From the NCBI GenBank assembly GCA_965248055.1, contig CBDFIJ010000004.1, positions 768,001-832,000 of the forward strand: DNA of 64,000 nt, written 5' to 3'. The notes beneath the pieces are model-generated. The model did no database searches. It was not told the origin of the DNA and saw only the letters and a list, made by a program, of their open reading frames with translations. Positions 22,265 to 32,871 of the stretch are shown piece by piece. Each line of letters opens with the position of its first letter. The first letter of the stretch is position 1. This stretch comes from Candidatus Multivoradales bacterium. GTDB lineage: Bacteria; Acidobacteriota; Thermoanaerobaculia; Multivoradales; JAHEKO01. Both the position numbers and the translations under genes were made by a program.

Positions 22265-22330
22265 CTTAGGAGTTCAACCATCCCGATTAGCTACCTCGCG
22301 AAGCCGTCGATCGAGTGGTAGCCAGTTCGG

Positions 22331-23836
22331 TCACGAATCTTCGGACTCACCTTCTGCCTGGGGTTTGAGCAGCGGAAACAAAATTACATCGCGAATCGAT
22401 TGGGCGTCCAGCAACAACATCACCAAACGATCGATGCCAATCCCTTCTCCACCGGCAGGGGGCATCCCGTACTCGAGAGCTTGAACGTAGTCGCCATCAA
22501 AACGGTGCGCCTCGTCGTCACCCAGTTCACGAGCAGCCAGTTGCGCACGAAATCGCTCCGCTTGCACCTCGGGATCGTTTAATTCGGAAAACGCATTGGC
22601 GATTTCCATGCCACCTATGTAGAGCTCAAAACGCTCGGTCAAACGAGGGTCATCGGCCCTCTGTTTAGCAAATGGTGAAACTTCGATCGGATGGTCCAGG
22701 ATGAAGGTTGGTTCGATCAACGAATCTTCCGCTAGCTCTTCAAATAGATGCAACAACCAGTGGCCGTAACTGACGCCACCGCGCGGAGACTCGATGCCAC
22801 GATCTTGGGCAAGACCCTGCAACGCTTCCAGGCTGTTCAAGTTGTCGACCTCCAGGTCTGCCGCCTTTGCCAGCGCCTCGGTCATCGTCCAGCGACGCCA
22901 CGGTCGCGAACAATCGATAATCTCGCCCTTCCAACTCAGAGTATTGCCCCCGGTCAGTTTCTTAACCGCACCACCAATTAGCTCTTCGGAGAAATCCATC
23001 AACTGACGATAGTCGATGTAGGCCCAGTAGAACTCAAGCATGGTGAATTCAGGGTTGTGCTTGGTCGAGATCCCCTCGTTGCGAAAATTCCGGTTGATCT
23101 CGTACACCCGGTGCATGCCTCCGACCAAGAGCCGCTTTAGATAGAGCTCCGGAGCGATACGCATGTAGAGATCGATCCCCAGTGCTTGATGGTGGGTACG
23201 AAATGGCCGCGCTGCAGCTCCCCCCGGCATCGCTTGCATCATCGGTGTTTCCACCTCCAAGAAATTTCGATCATCCAATTGGCGGCGCAGATAGCTCACC
23301 AAGCGACTGCGTGTTTCAAAACGCTGGCGTGACTCCGGGTTGACCACCAAGTCGAGGTAACGCTGGCGATAGCAAGACTCAACGTCGGTCAATCCATGCC
23401 ATTTCTCGGGCCACGGGCGCAGGGACTTGGCCAGCAAAGTCAGTTCACTAACCAACAAAGTGAGTTCCCCGGTCCGGGTTCGGATCAATGTGCCCCGAGC
23501 ACCCACGTAGTCGCCAAGATCGATGTGCGAGAAGACCATCGCCGAGGTTTCATCCAGCACCTTGAGCCGCACCATCAATTGCAGCTTTCCTCGCCCGTCG
23601 ACGATGTCCAAGAACGCCGTCTTGCCGTGTTGCCGCAAGCTGCGCACCCGACCCGGAATCCGAAGTGCAACCGCTGCCGCTTCCAGCCCTTCAGTATCCA
23701 GATCAGCGTACTTGTCGTGGACCCCGGTTGGTTCCAAGTCGTAGTCAAACCGATGGGGATACGGATCAACCCCCTTGGCGATCAACTCGCTGAGGTTTTG
23801 TCGTCGGTTTTCAATCTGGTTTTCTAGTTCTGACAT
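22331..23836 (-). CDS. lysS: Lysine--tRNA ligase
   Basis: YRQRYLDL, GGAAARPF, RIAPELYLKRL, FRNEG, GIGIDRL. Confidence 0.98.
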   Translation of the reverse strand: MSELENQIENRRQNLSELIAKGVDPYPHRFDYDLEPTGVHDKYADLDTEGLEAAAVALRIPGRVRSLRQHGKTAFLDIVDGRGKLQLMVRLKVLDETSAMVFSHIDLGDYVGARGTLIRTRTGELTLLVSELTLLAKSLRPWPEKWHGLTDVESCYRQRYLDLVVNPESRQRFETRSRLVSYLRRQLDDRNFLEVETPMMQAMPGGAAARPFRTHHQALGIDLYMRIAPELYLKRLLVGGMHRVYEINRNFRNEGISTKHNPEFTMLEFYWAYIDYRQLMDFSEELIGGAVKKLTGGNTLSWKGEIIDCSRPWRRWTMTEALAKAADLEVDNLNSLEALQGLAQDRGIESPRGGVSYGHWLLHLFEELAEDSLIEPTFILDHPIEVSPFAKQRADDPRLTERFELYIGGMEIANAFSELNDPEVQAERFRAQLAARELGDDEAHRFDGDYVQALEYGMPPAGGEGIGIDRLVMLLLDAQSIRDVILFPLLKPQAEGESEDS

Positions 23837-23944
23837 CGGTCTTCGCGCTCTCTTTGCTGGGGGTGAACTGTAACGGATTTTGAAGGCGTCGAGTGATTTT
23901 GCGATCGATTCGACTCACCCCTGCCAATGTTACGATTCGCAGCC

Positions 23945-24802
23945 ATGCGAGGAATCTCTGACATCGACCAACAACAGCTGCAGACGGCCGCGGAAAAGTG
24001 GCTCGCACTGGGCCTCCCCCAGCCGAAGGTCTGGCTAGTCGCCGGTTCCGGCCTTTCAGGCGACCTCGGAGTCGGTACCCCAGACGCCGAGCTCAAACTG
24101 CAGCAGCTCCTCCCTTTTGCAGTGCGGGCGGTGGTCGGGCACCCCCACTCGGTGAGCGTGTTTGCCGACTCGGTCAACGGGCCGGTGGCCTACCAACAAG
24201 GACGCCTCCATCTCTATCAAGGCTACTCGGCAGCCGAGGTCGCCTTCACCGTGCGTTTGGCCGCGACCCTGGGCGCTAAGACCCTGATCATGAGCAATGC
24301 CGCAGGTTCATTGCGACCCGAGATTGGGCCCGGCAGTTTGGCGGTGATCACCGACCACTTGAATCTCACCGGGCAGAATCCGCTGGTCGGTTCAGTGCCA
24401 CCCGGGTGGGGGCCACAGTTCCCCGATATGACCACCGCCTATGACCCCGCTTTAGTCGTGCTGGCTAAGTCGCTGGCCAAAGAACAGGGGCTGAGTCTGC
24501 CTTCGGGTACCTATGCCGGCCTTTTGGGGCCAACCTACGAGACCCCGGCGGAAGTGCGTATGGTCGGCACCATCGGCGGGGACTTGGTGGGGATGTCGAC
24601 GGTCACCGAAGTTATCGCGGCGCACCACATGGGCTTGCGTTGCCTATGCTTTTCCATGGTCTCCAACCTGGGAGCTGGGATGACGGACAACCCTCTGCAC
24701 CACGACGAAGTGCTCGAAGCAGCAGCTGAAACAACGGTACATTTCGCCACCCTACTGCGTGCCATACTGGCCAATCCGGCACTCACAGCGAGCACGCCTT
24801 AG
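23945..24802 (+). CDS. Purine-nucleoside phosphorylase (trimeric PNP)
   Basis: GSGL, GRLHLYQGY, GPTYETPAE, VGMSTV.E. Confidence 0.93.
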   Translation: MRGISDIDQQQLQTAAEKWLALGLPQPKVWLVAGSGLSGDLGVGTPDAELKLQQLLPFAVRAVVGHPHSVSVFADSVNGPVAYQQGRLHLYQGYSAAEVAFTVRLAATLGAKTLIMSNAAGSLRPEIGPGSLAVITDHLNLTGQNPLVGSVPPGWGPQFPDMTTAYDPALVVLAKSLAKEQGLSLPSGTYAGLLGPTYETPAEVRMVGTIGGDLVGMSTVTEVIAAHHMGLRCLCFSMVSNLGAGMTDNPLHHDEVLEAAAETTVHFATLLRAILANPALTASTP

Positions 24803-24844
24803 AGTCTGTTATCGTCCCGGTTTTGAACCTCGACAAATTCTTCT

Positions 24845-25378
24845 ATGAGCCAATACCTACCTCCGAAAGCGCTGATTACCGAGCAACAGATTGAGGAACG
24901 TATCCTCGATTTGGCCAAGGAAATAGAGAGCGATTACCGCGACTCCGGCGAATCCTTGATCTGTCTCGGCATTCTCAAGGGTTCGGTGTTTTTCCTGGTG
25001 GACTTGCTCAAAAGGGTTGACCTTCCGGTAACCGTCGACTTCTTCCGAGTCTCTAGCTACGAGGGCACCAGTTCCGGCGAGGTGCGCCTACTCAAAGATG
25101 TCGATCTGCCGCTCAAGGGGCAAAACGTATTGATCATCGAGGACATCGTCGACACCGGAAATACCCTCAAGGTGATCCTCGACCTGATGAAATTTCGTGG
25201 CGCCAAGAGCGTCAAGCTTTGCTCGCTGTTGGACAAGCCGTCGCGACGGCAAGTGGAAGTACCGATTGATTACTGTGGCTTCCAGATCGAAGACCACTTT
25301 GTCGTCGGCTATGGACTCGACTACAACGAGCGTTATCGCAACCTTCCTTACGTAGGTATTTTGGAATTGGAAGACTAA
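24845..25378 (+). CDS. hpt: Hypoxanthine phosphoribosyltransferase
   Basis: ILKGS, IEDIVDTG, FVVGYGLDY. Confidence 0.96.
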   Translation: MSQYLPPKALITEQQIEERILDLAKEIESDYRDSGESLICLGILKGSVFFLVDLLKRVDLPVTVDFFRVSSYEGTSSGEVRLLKDVDLPLKGQNVLIIEDIVDTGNTLKVILDLMKFRGAKSVKLCSLLDKPSRRQVEVPIDYCGFQIEDHFVVGYGLDYNERYRNLPYVGILELED

Positions 25379-25389
25379 CTGGAGGCTTC

Positions 25390-25770
25390 ATGCAACCCGT
25401 CTCTACAGATCAAGCACCTGCGGCCATCGGGCCTTACTCGCAAGCAATCATCGTCAACGGCCTTCTTTTCACTTCTGGACAAATCCCACTCAACCCCGAG
25501 ACCGAACAGCTGGTTTTGGGCGACTTTGACGCTCAGGCCAAGCAGGTCCTAGCCAATCTTCGACAAGTGCTAGCGGCCGCTGATTGTAGCTATGCTGACG
25601 TCGTCAAGGCAACCGTCTACGTGACCAACCTGAGTAACTTCCCAACGCTCAACGAGTTGTACGGTGAGGCGATGGGTGACCACCGACCGGCCCGGTCTAC
25701 GGTTGAGGTCTCAGCACTGCCCAAGGGCGCCCTAGTCGAGATCGACTTGGTTGCCCGGATCCCCGGCTAG
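25390..25770 (+). CDS. RidA/YjgF/UK114 family protein
   Basis: APAAIGPYSQA, SGQIP, PARSTVEV..LP. Confidence 0.95.
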   Translation: MQPVSTDQAPAAIGPYSQAIIVNGLLFTSGQIPLNPETEQLVLGDFDAQAKQVLANLRQVLAAADCSYADVVKATVYVTNLSNFPTLNELYGEAMGDHRPARSTVEVSALPKGALVEIDLVARIPG

Positions 25771-25777
25771 CAGGCGT

Positions 25778-26704
25778 TCACTCAGGAGTTACAACCCCGT
25801 CCAGGTACTGGCGGCGGATGGTGGTCAAAAGCGATGGGTCTCCGCTAGCGGCGAGTTCTTCTAGCACCTGTCCCGCTTCCCCGTTCAATTCCGGAACCAC
25901 CGCCAAGTGCCCATCACGGACCAGGACGCTTAAGTCCCAAGGGGATCTTTCCAACCACCGAGCCGCTCGGAGAAATCTCTGGCCACGTTCTTCTTCATCC
26001 AATCGCAGCAGCAGATCCCCCAGCCAGCTCAAAACCGTGCAGGCTCGGGCGTGCAGTTCGCTCTCGCTGGCATGGCGCGGGCGCGGCGGCTGGAATCTAA
26101 TTCCTTCCTGATCGACCACTTTCACTGCCGCAGCGACCTCAGGGCTTGCGCTGTGGTGCAGGGCTTCGAAGACCGCAGGTCCATACTGGTCCACCAACTT
26201 CCGTTTGACCGAAGCAGACAAATGCGCCACCACCGGGAGCACCCCCGACACCTCAGCGACCGATTCCCGAGCAACAAACTGCGCGAGAGCGGCGCCGTCA
26301 CTGACGCCAGCGATCAGAGGCCATACCACCCAAGCACTCAGCGGAGGGTCCGGGAGCTTATGTACCTGACCACCAACCAGGTGTGCCGTCGGATCCCAAA
26401 CGACCAGGCCGTCGCTCGGTCCGGCTATCGAGTCGCCGGCTAAGACATGGTCGACAATTCGCGCCCCTTGTGCGCGCCAAGTCGTGAGAATTTGCTCGCG
26501 TTGCTCCCGGTCGGCCACCGGCACCGGTGGCGCGTAGACCACCTCGTCCGGGGCTTTCTGAAAATCCATTGAGCCCGCCCGTCCACGATCCACCACTTGA
26601 TGACTGGTGAGATCGGTCCATAGTTCTGGTCGTGGCCATTTGGTCGGAACCGTGCCGATCCAAAACGAATCGCAACTGCTGGGATGGAGTCGCCAACCGC
26701 TCAC
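25778..26704 (-). CDS. Hypothetical protein with C-terminal PolX/Pol-beta-like helical (HhH) domain
   Basis: RFLRAARWLERSPWDLSVLVRDGHLAVVPELNG..LEEL..SG resembles the PolX 8-kDa domain; coupled to ftsY. Confidence 0.6.
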   Translation of the reverse strand: MSGWRLHPSSCDSFWIGTVPTKWPRPELWTDLTSHQVVDRGRAGSMDFQKAPDEVVYAPPVPVADREQREQILTTWRAQGARIVDHVLAGDSIAGPSDGLVVWDPTAHLVGGQVHKLPDPPLSAWVVWPLIAGVSDGAALAQFVARESVAEVSGVLPVVAHLSASVKRKLVDQYGPAVFEALHHSASPEVAAAVKVVDQEGIRFQPPRPRHASESELHARACTVLSWLGDLLLRLDEEERGQRFLRAARWLERSPWDLSVLVRDGHLAVVPELNGEAGQVLEELAASGDPSLLTTIRRQYLDGVVTPE

Positions 26705-27711
26705 AGGACCTCGGCCACGGATATCGATTCAACCGACCGTTCTAAGTCATAGCCGAGAAACTGCTCAGCAAACTGTCGAGGATTGAAGGGCACCAGATCT
26801 TCTGCGGTTTCCCCGACTCCGAGAAAGCCAACCGCTACCTGCAGTTGGTGCGCCACCGCGATCGCCATTCCACCTTTGGCAGTGCCGTCCATCTTCGCCA
26901 AGATCAACCCCTGAGCCTGCACCAGTTGTTGAAACTCACGCGCCTGAACCAGGGCATTTTGGCCGGTGGTTGCGTCGAGCACCAACCAGGTAGTCAGGAC
27001 CCGATCCGACGCTTGGTTCTCCACCACCCGTCGGACTTTCGCCAGTTCTTCCATCAACGGCGTTCTGTTATGCAATCGGCCTGCGGTATCGACAATCACC
27101 CGGTCACATCCACGATGACTGGCCACTTCCAGCCCTTGATAGACCACCGCAGCCGCGTCTGCCCCGCGCTCGCGCGCCAACACTGGGATCTCTAGCCGCT
27201 CACCCCAAATCTGTACTTGTTCAATCGCCGCCGCCCGAAAGGTATCGCCGGCAACCAGCAACACTTTCTCTCCTTGATTCTTGGCGCGTTGGGCAAATTT
27301 GGCCAGAGTCGTGGTCTTGCCGGCCCCGTTGACGCCAACCAGAAGGTCCACGCGCGGCAGGCAGTCGGGATCCACTTGCGGTAGATCATGCAGCAGCAGA
27401 GCGATCTCCTGCACCAAACGAGCGCGAAGCGCCAACACATCCACCCCTTGTCCGGGCAAAGGGTCGCGGCGCAATCGCTCCACTAAGGTCAATGAGGTTT
27501 CGACCCCAACGTCCGACGAGATCAAAGCCTCTTCGATCGCTTCTAGGACTTCTTCATCGACACTCTGACGACCGCTGAGCGCAGCGTCGAGCCGATCTCC
27601 CAGGCGATCGCGGCTGCGGGTCAGGCCGGAACGCAAACGCTGAACCCAACCGGGGCGGCGTTCTTGCCTCAGAACACTGTCCTGGTTCACAACGCCGTCT
27701 GGATTGGCCAT
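26701..27711 (-). CDS. ftsY: Signal recognition particle receptor
   Basis: GVNGAGKTTT, DTFRAAA, DTAGR, KMDGTAKGG. Confidence 0.96.
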   Translation of the reverse strand: MANPDGVVNQDSVLRQERRPGWVQRLRSGLTRSRDRLGDRLDAALSGRQSVDEEVLEAIEEALISSDVGVETSLTLVERLRRDPLPGQGVDVLALRARLVQEIALLLHDLPQVDPDCLPRVDLLVGVNGAGKTTTLAKFAQRAKNQGEKVLLVAGDTFRAAAIEQVQIWGERLEIPVLARERGADAAAVVYQGLEVASHRGCDRVIVDTAGRLHNRTPLMEELAKVRRVVENQASDRVLTTWLVLDATTGQNALVQAREFQQLVQAQGLILAKMDGTAKGGMAIAVAHQLQVAVGFLGVGETAEDLVPFNPRQFAEQFLGYDLERSVESISVAEVL

Positions 27712-27722
27712 ACGATTTTCGC

Positions 27723-28847
27723 TCACCCTTCCCCCCAAGGATTCGGCAGGAATTTCTCCAGTTCTCGCCTGACTAGGCCCGACTCAACTCCGTTGTGGAA
27801 ACAATAGTTTCCGACTCCGTTGGGCAACACCCAGATCACGCCCTCGGCGGTAACCTTCTTGTCCTTGGCCATCGCAGCTAGTAAGTCGTCCACATCCAAT
27901 TCCGGTAGATTGGTTAGATCCAGATCACGCAATAAGCTGGCAACCCGATTCTGACTCTGACGCTGCAGCGCTGTTGCATTTCCTTGCGCATCATCGGTGC
28001 CCAGTGCGTTGGCCAACTGAAATGCGAACAAGATGCCGTAGGCGACCGCTTCTCCGTGCAGCAAAGTCTGGCCACGATCGATCGCTTCCAATCCATGCCC
28101 TAGGGTGTGTCCAAAATTCAGAACCCGACGCAGACTCCGCTCCTCCAGGTCTTGCTCAACCACCCGCAGCTTGGTCTCCACAGCTCGCGCAATCACCGTT
28201 TGCAAAGCATCCGCATCGCCGGTCAACAAGTCCTGCCAGCGACCCTCGACCAATTCAAACAACTTCCGGTCGTAGACCACGCCCAATTTCAGCGCCTCGA
28301 CCAGACCCGCCTGGCGTTGGCGTCGATCCTCGGTGGCGAGAACTTGCGAATCGGCAAGCACCCAGGCGGGCGCCGCCACCGCCCCAACCACGTTCTTAAT
28401 TCCACCCAAGTTGACGCCGTTCTTGCCTCCCACCGCCGCGTCAACCTGCGCCAAAGTGGTCGTCGGCAGCAGGGCGAATTCGACCCCACGCAGATAACTG
28501 GCAGCGACAAAACCGGCCAGGTCGGTGGTCGCGCCGCCGCCCAACGCCAAGATCACGCACTCGCGAGTGGCGCCGCCCTGCGCCAAACGACGCCACGTGC
28601 CTTCTGCCTCTGACAGCGATTTGGCCGATTCGCCATCGGCAATCTCCAACACAGCCCAAGCACTCGCTTTAGTCCGTAGCGCATCGAGCCGCTCTAGATG
28701 GAGCGAAGCAACACTCGACGCCGTCAGCAAAAAGGCCTGCCGCCCTTCCAGCCAATCTAGAAAGCCCTCGGGAGGGTGCGTTAAGCAGCCCGCCTCGACC
28801 ACATGACGCGTCACGCCTTCGCGACGCCACCGACTGGAATAGTTCAT
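27723..28847 (-). CDS. aroB: 3-dehydroquinate synthase
   Basis: LGGG..DL.GF, PTTTLAQVDAAVGGK, LNFGHTLGH, HGEAV. Confidence 0.94.
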   Translation of the reverse strand: MNYSSRWRREGVTRHVVEAGCLTHPPEGFLDWLEGRQAFLLTASSVASLHLERLDALRTKASAWAVLEIADGESAKSLSEAEGTWRRLAQGGATRECVILALGGGATTDLAGFVAASYLRGVEFALLPTTTLAQVDAAVGGKNGVNLGGIKNVVGAVAAPAWVLADSQVLATEDRRQRQAGLVEALKLGVVYDRKLFELVEGRWQDLLTGDADALQTVIARAVETKLRVVEQDLEERSLRRVLNFGHTLGHGLEAIDRGQTLLHGEAVAYGILFAFQLANALGTDDAQGNATALQRQSQNRVASLLRDLDLTNLPELDVDDLLAAMAKDKKVTAEGVIWVLPNGVGNYCFHNGVESGLVRRELEKFLPNPWGEG

Positions 28848-30646
28848 TCCGCTTGATCTGACTCCGTGGGCACCATGGCAATACCAAGCTCAGCCAACTG
28901 AGCAGAATCCACCGGGGTCGGCGCTTCGGTCATCAAGCACGCCGCTGAAGTGGTCTTGGGAAACGCGATCACATCCCGCAAAGACTTGGCCCCGGTCATC
29001 AACATGACGATGCGGTCCAAACCCAAGGCAATGCCACCGTGGGGCGGAGCGCCGTAGCGCAGGGCTTCCAAAAAGAATCCAAATCTCTCTTCGGCTTCCT
29101 GCGGATCGATGCCGAGCTTGTCAAACACCCGACGCTGCAATTCGGGATCGTGAATCCGTAGCGACCCGCCACCCAGTTCAAATCCGTTGAGTACCACGTC
29201 ATAGGCGCGGGAACGCACCGCCCCAGGATCCATTTCCCCTTTCTCCATCGCCTGCCATTGTTCCAAGTTGGGCATGGTAAAAGGATGGTGTACTGAAAGC
29301 CAACGCTGATCATCTTGGCTGTACTCGAACATCGGAAAATCCACCACCCATAGGAAGCGCCACAGACTTGTGTCGATCACCTCCTGGGCTCTGGCGATCT
29401 CGGCCCGCAACGCCCCCAATGCGGTGCAGGAGACACTCCAATCACCCGCCACAATCAAGCCAAGGTCGCCCTCTTCTAAGCCCAACTCATCTGCGGCGGC
29501 GTTCGCCTCCGCATCGCTCAGCGCCGTCTTGACCTGGAAGCTGACGCCCTCGGCGGTACGTTTCAGCCACAGCACGCCAACCGCTCCGTGCTTGCGCGCC
29601 AGATCACCCCAAGCGTCGAGTTCCCGGCGCGTGGCGTTAGCTGCTCCCGGCACCCGCAGTGCCTTGATCACGCCGCCACCCTCCACCGCCGCTTGGAAAC
29701 CGCGAAAACCGCTGGTCCCCAGAGTCGTTGACAGATCGGCGAGCTGCCAATCAAAACGCAGGTCAGGACGGTCGGAACCAAATCGATTCATCGCCTCGCG
29801 GTAGTCGAGCCTTGGAAAGGGAGCCTCGATCGCAATGCCGATCGAAGCGAACAGACGCACGAACAGGTTCTCAATCAATTGGTAGATGTCCTCTTCTTCG
29901 ATGAAGGACATCTCCAGGTCTACCTGAGTGAACTCCGGCTGGCGATCCGCGCGCAGGTCTTCATCGCGAAAACAGCGAGCGATCTGGGCATAGCGCTCCA
30001 TCCCGGCCACCATCAGAATTTGCTTGAACAACTGTGGTGACTGCGGCAACGCATAGAACGAGCCCGAGGAAACACGACTCGGAACCAAGTAGTCACGAGC
30101 CCCTTCCGGGGTCGATCGGGTCAAGATCGGAGTCTCCACTTGCACGAACTCCTGTTCGTCCAAATACTTGCGCACCTCCAGATCCAGCCTGGACCGCAGA
30201 ATCAAGTTGTTCTGCAGTTCTGGTCGCCTGAGCTCCAGATATCGATAGCGCAAGCGCGTTTCTTCACTGGCGTCCACCTTACCTTCCGGGCTCACCGGCA
30301 ATGCGTCGGACTTAGCCACCACGCCACCACTCTGCGCCTCGACTTCAATCTCTCCGGTCGGCAAATCCGGATTCACCGCCCCGGCATCACGAGCCACCAC
30401 CTGCCCGACGATCTCGATCACCCACTCCAAGCGAGCTTCGCCGAGCCGAGTGGCCAATCCGTTATCCACATCGCCATCCGGGTCGCTGCTAACCACCACC
30501 TGAACAATCCCGCTGCGGTCGCGGACATCGAAAAAGGTCAAGCCACCGTGTACCCTACGACGCTGAACCCAGCCAACAACGCGCACCTCACGACCAATAT
30601 CTTGGCGGCCTAGGTCGCCACCCCACACTCTTGCCAGACCAGTCAT
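28844..30646 (-). CDS. aspS: Aspartate--tRNA ligase
   Basis: TPEGARDY, LPQSPQLFKQ, FRDED.RADRQPEF, PPHGG. Confidence 0.98.
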   Translation of the reverse strand: MTGLARVWGGDLGRQDIGREVRVVGWVQRRRVHGGLTFFDVRDRSGIVQVVVSSDPDGDVDNGLATRLGEARLEWVIEIVGQVVARDAGAVNPDLPTGEIEVEAQSGGVVAKSDALPVSPEGKVDASEETRLRYRYLELRRPELQNNLILRSRLDLEVRKYLDEQEFVQVETPILTRSTPEGARDYLVPSRVSSGSFYALPQSPQLFKQILMVAGMERYAQIARCFRDEDLRADRQPEFTQVDLEMSFIEEEDIYQLIENLFVRLFASIGIAIEAPFPRLDYREAMNRFGSDRPDLRFDWQLADLSTTLGTSGFRGFQAAVEGGGVIKALRVPGAANATRRELDAWGDLARKHGAVGVLWLKRTAEGVSFQVKTALSDAEANAAADELGLEEGDLGLIVAGDWSVSCTALGALRAEIARAQEVIDTSLWRFLWVVDFPMFEYSQDDQRWLSVHHPFTMPNLEQWQAMEKGEMDPGAVRSRAYDVVLNGFELGGGSLRIHDPELQRRVFDKLGIDPQEAEERFGFFLEALRYGAPPHGGIALGLDRIVMLMTGAKSLRDVIAFPKTTSAACLMTEAPTPVDSAQLAELGIAMVPTESDQAE

Positions 30647-31911
30647 TCTTCGGTTTCCTTGTTTGTCATGATGCTAACCAGTTGTTCGAGGCTGGCGACC
30701 GTCTGTTGCTCCCCGCTGGTCAAATTCTTAGCCGTCCAGCTTCCAGCCGCGATCTCCTCTTCCCCTACCAGCACAACCCAGCCAGCCCCTCGCCGGTCTG
30801 CCGCCCTAAGTGCTTTGCCGATACCCCTATCTGCAGTGCCCAGGTCCGCTTGTAGGCCAGCGGCACGCAGAGTTGCAGCAGCCTCAAGTCCAGGTGTCAC
30901 CGCTTCCTCGTCCAACGGCAACACCACCACTCGCAGACTAGCTTGATCGTCTTGCGACTTGGGCATCGCCTCACACACCCGGTCCAATCCGATGGCAAAG
31001 CCAATCGCCGGAGTTGCCGGACCACCCAGCTCGGCAACTAGGTTGTCGTAGCGCCCACCACCAACCAACGCATCCTGTGCCCCCAAAGCGGAGCTAGCAA
31101 TCTCAAAGACCAGTCCGGTGTAGTAATCCAGCCCGCGCACCAAAGAAGGCTCGACTCGGTAGGCGATATTCAAAACCTCTAATAGCTCACGAACCCGCTC
31201 AAAGTGGCTGCGCGCTTCCGGGCTGAGATAGGACTCCATACGCGGAGCGTCGGCAACGATCTCGCGATCAACGGGAGACTTCGAATCCAGAATCCGCAGC
31301 GGGTTGGTATCCAAACGGGCTTGGCTATCCTCGGACAACTGCGCTCGGTATGGCTCCAGGTAGTCGACCAAGGCCGCTCCATAGTCCGCTCGACTTTGGT
31401 CATCGCCCAGAGTCTGCAGCGCAACCTCCAAGCCAGAGAACCCGCAACCGGCGAGAAACTCCACCAGCATCTGAATCACTTCGACGTCGGCTTCGGGGCG
31501 TGGATCGCCGATCAATTCGGCTCCGATCTGAAAAAACTGCCGATACCGACCCTTCTGTGGACGCTCGTAGCGGAAGTACGGACCTAGATAAAACAACTTC
31601 AACGGCAAAGGGGTACCGCGCAGCCCGCGCTCAACAACCGCGCGCACTACCGGGGCCGTACCTTCGGGACGCAGCGTTAGGCTCCGTCCGCCCCGATCTT
31701 CGAAGGTGTACATCTCCTTGCCGACGATGTCGGTAGACTCGCCCACCGAGCGAACAAAGAGCTCGGTGCGTTCCGCCAACGGGGTCCGAATCTCTCGGTA
31801 GCCGTAGGAGGAAAAAACCTGCTGTGCTCGGGCTTCAACCGCCTGAAACACCGCACTCAACTCCTCGTCGAGCACGCGCATTCCTTTGACGCTGGGGATT
31901 TGGTTGGCCAT
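30643..31911 (-). CDS. hisS: Histidine--tRNA ligase
   Basis: LRPEGTA, RYERPQKGRYRQF, VRGLDYY, GGGRYD. Confidence 0.98.
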   Translation of the reverse strand: MANQIPSVKGMRVLDEELSAVFQAVEARAQQVFSSYGYREIRTPLAERTELFVRSVGESTDIVGKEMYTFEDRGGRSLTLRPEGTAPVVRAVVERGLRGTPLPLKLFYLGPYFRYERPQKGRYRQFFQIGAELIGDPRPEADVEVIQMLVEFLAGCGFSGLEVALQTLGDDQSRADYGAALVDYLEPYRAQLSEDSQARLDTNPLRILDSKSPVDREIVADAPRMESYLSPEARSHFERVRELLEVLNIAYRVEPSLVRGLDYYTGLVFEIASSALGAQDALVGGGRYDNLVAELGGPATPAIGFAIGLDRVCEAMPKSQDDQASLRVVVLPLDEEAVTPGLEAAATLRAAGLQADLGTADRGIGKALRAADRRGAGWVVLVGEEEIAAGSWTAKNLTSGEQQTVASLEQLVSIMTNKETEE

Positions 31912-32148
31912 GGTTCGTTCTAGTCGGTTTTCGTCCTGGGCAGTGAGTTACCGATGGAATCCTGCAGCCCGATCCAATCGAGCGCAAAAAAACCGTAGCA
32001 AATGCCGTTTCCAGCACCCCCTCGGATCAAAGCCGATGATAGCGAACAATCGAACCAATGCCGCAGCCAATTCGGCAACCGGCAAAACAACCACAACGAC
32101 CTACCAACCGCCCGATAGGATGCTCCATCTACCGCTCGCCGCCCACTC

Positions 32149-32871
32149 ATGATCACTGATCTCATCATTCCAGCCCTCAACGAGGAAAAGGCGATCGCCG
32201 CCGTGTTGCAAGCGGTACCGCGATCCAGCGTGCGCCACATGATTGTGGTCGACAACGGCTCGACCGACAGTACCGCCGAAGTCGCCCGTGCGGCGGGGGC
32301 AACCGTGGTGCCAGCCGATCACAAAGGCTACGGATCGGCCTGCCTCGCCGGCATCGCCCACCTCGCTGAGTTTGCTGGCACCGCTCAGGGCCTACCCGAG
32401 GTTGTTGCGTTTCTGGATGGTGATTTCTCAGATTATCCCGAAGAACTGCCAACCGTCCTGGCACCGATTGAGTCCGATCACGCCGACCTAGTGATCGGCT
32501 CACGCACCCGCGGCAACCTGGCCAAGGGAGCCTTAACCCCCCAACAACGGGTGGGCAACGCGGTAGCCTGTGGCCTGATTCGTCTGCTCTACGGTTTTCA
32601 CTACACCGATCTGGGTCCGTTTCGCGCCATTCGTTGGACTGCGCTGCAGACACTCTCAATGCGCGACCCCAACTTTGGCTGGACCGCGGAAATGCAGGTT
32701 AAGGCGGTGCGCGCCGATTTGCGCGTTCGAGAAGTGCCGGTGAGCTATCGGCCGCGGATTGGTGAATCCAAGATTTCCGGTACCCTGCAAGGCTCGGTGA
32801 TGGCCGGATGGAAGATTCTTAGCACCGTCTTGCGTTACAGTTTCGCGTCATGGCCACCCCAGAGACCATAG
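32149..32871 (+). CDS. Glycosyltransferase family 2
   Basis: IIPALNEE, VVDNGSTD, DGD motif, GSR, DLGPFRAI. Confidence 0.92.
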   Translation: MITDLIIPALNEEKAIAAVLQAVPRSSVRHMIVVDNGSTDSTAEVARAAGATVVPADHKGYGSACLAGIAHLAEFAGTAQGLPEVVAFLDGDFSDYPEELPTVLAPIESDHADLVIGSRTRGNLAKGALTPQQRVGNAVACGLIRLLYGFHYTDLGPFRAIRWTALQTLSMRDPNFGWTAEMQVKAVRADLRVREVPVSYRPRIGESKISGTLQGSVMAGWKILSTVLRYSFASWPPQRP

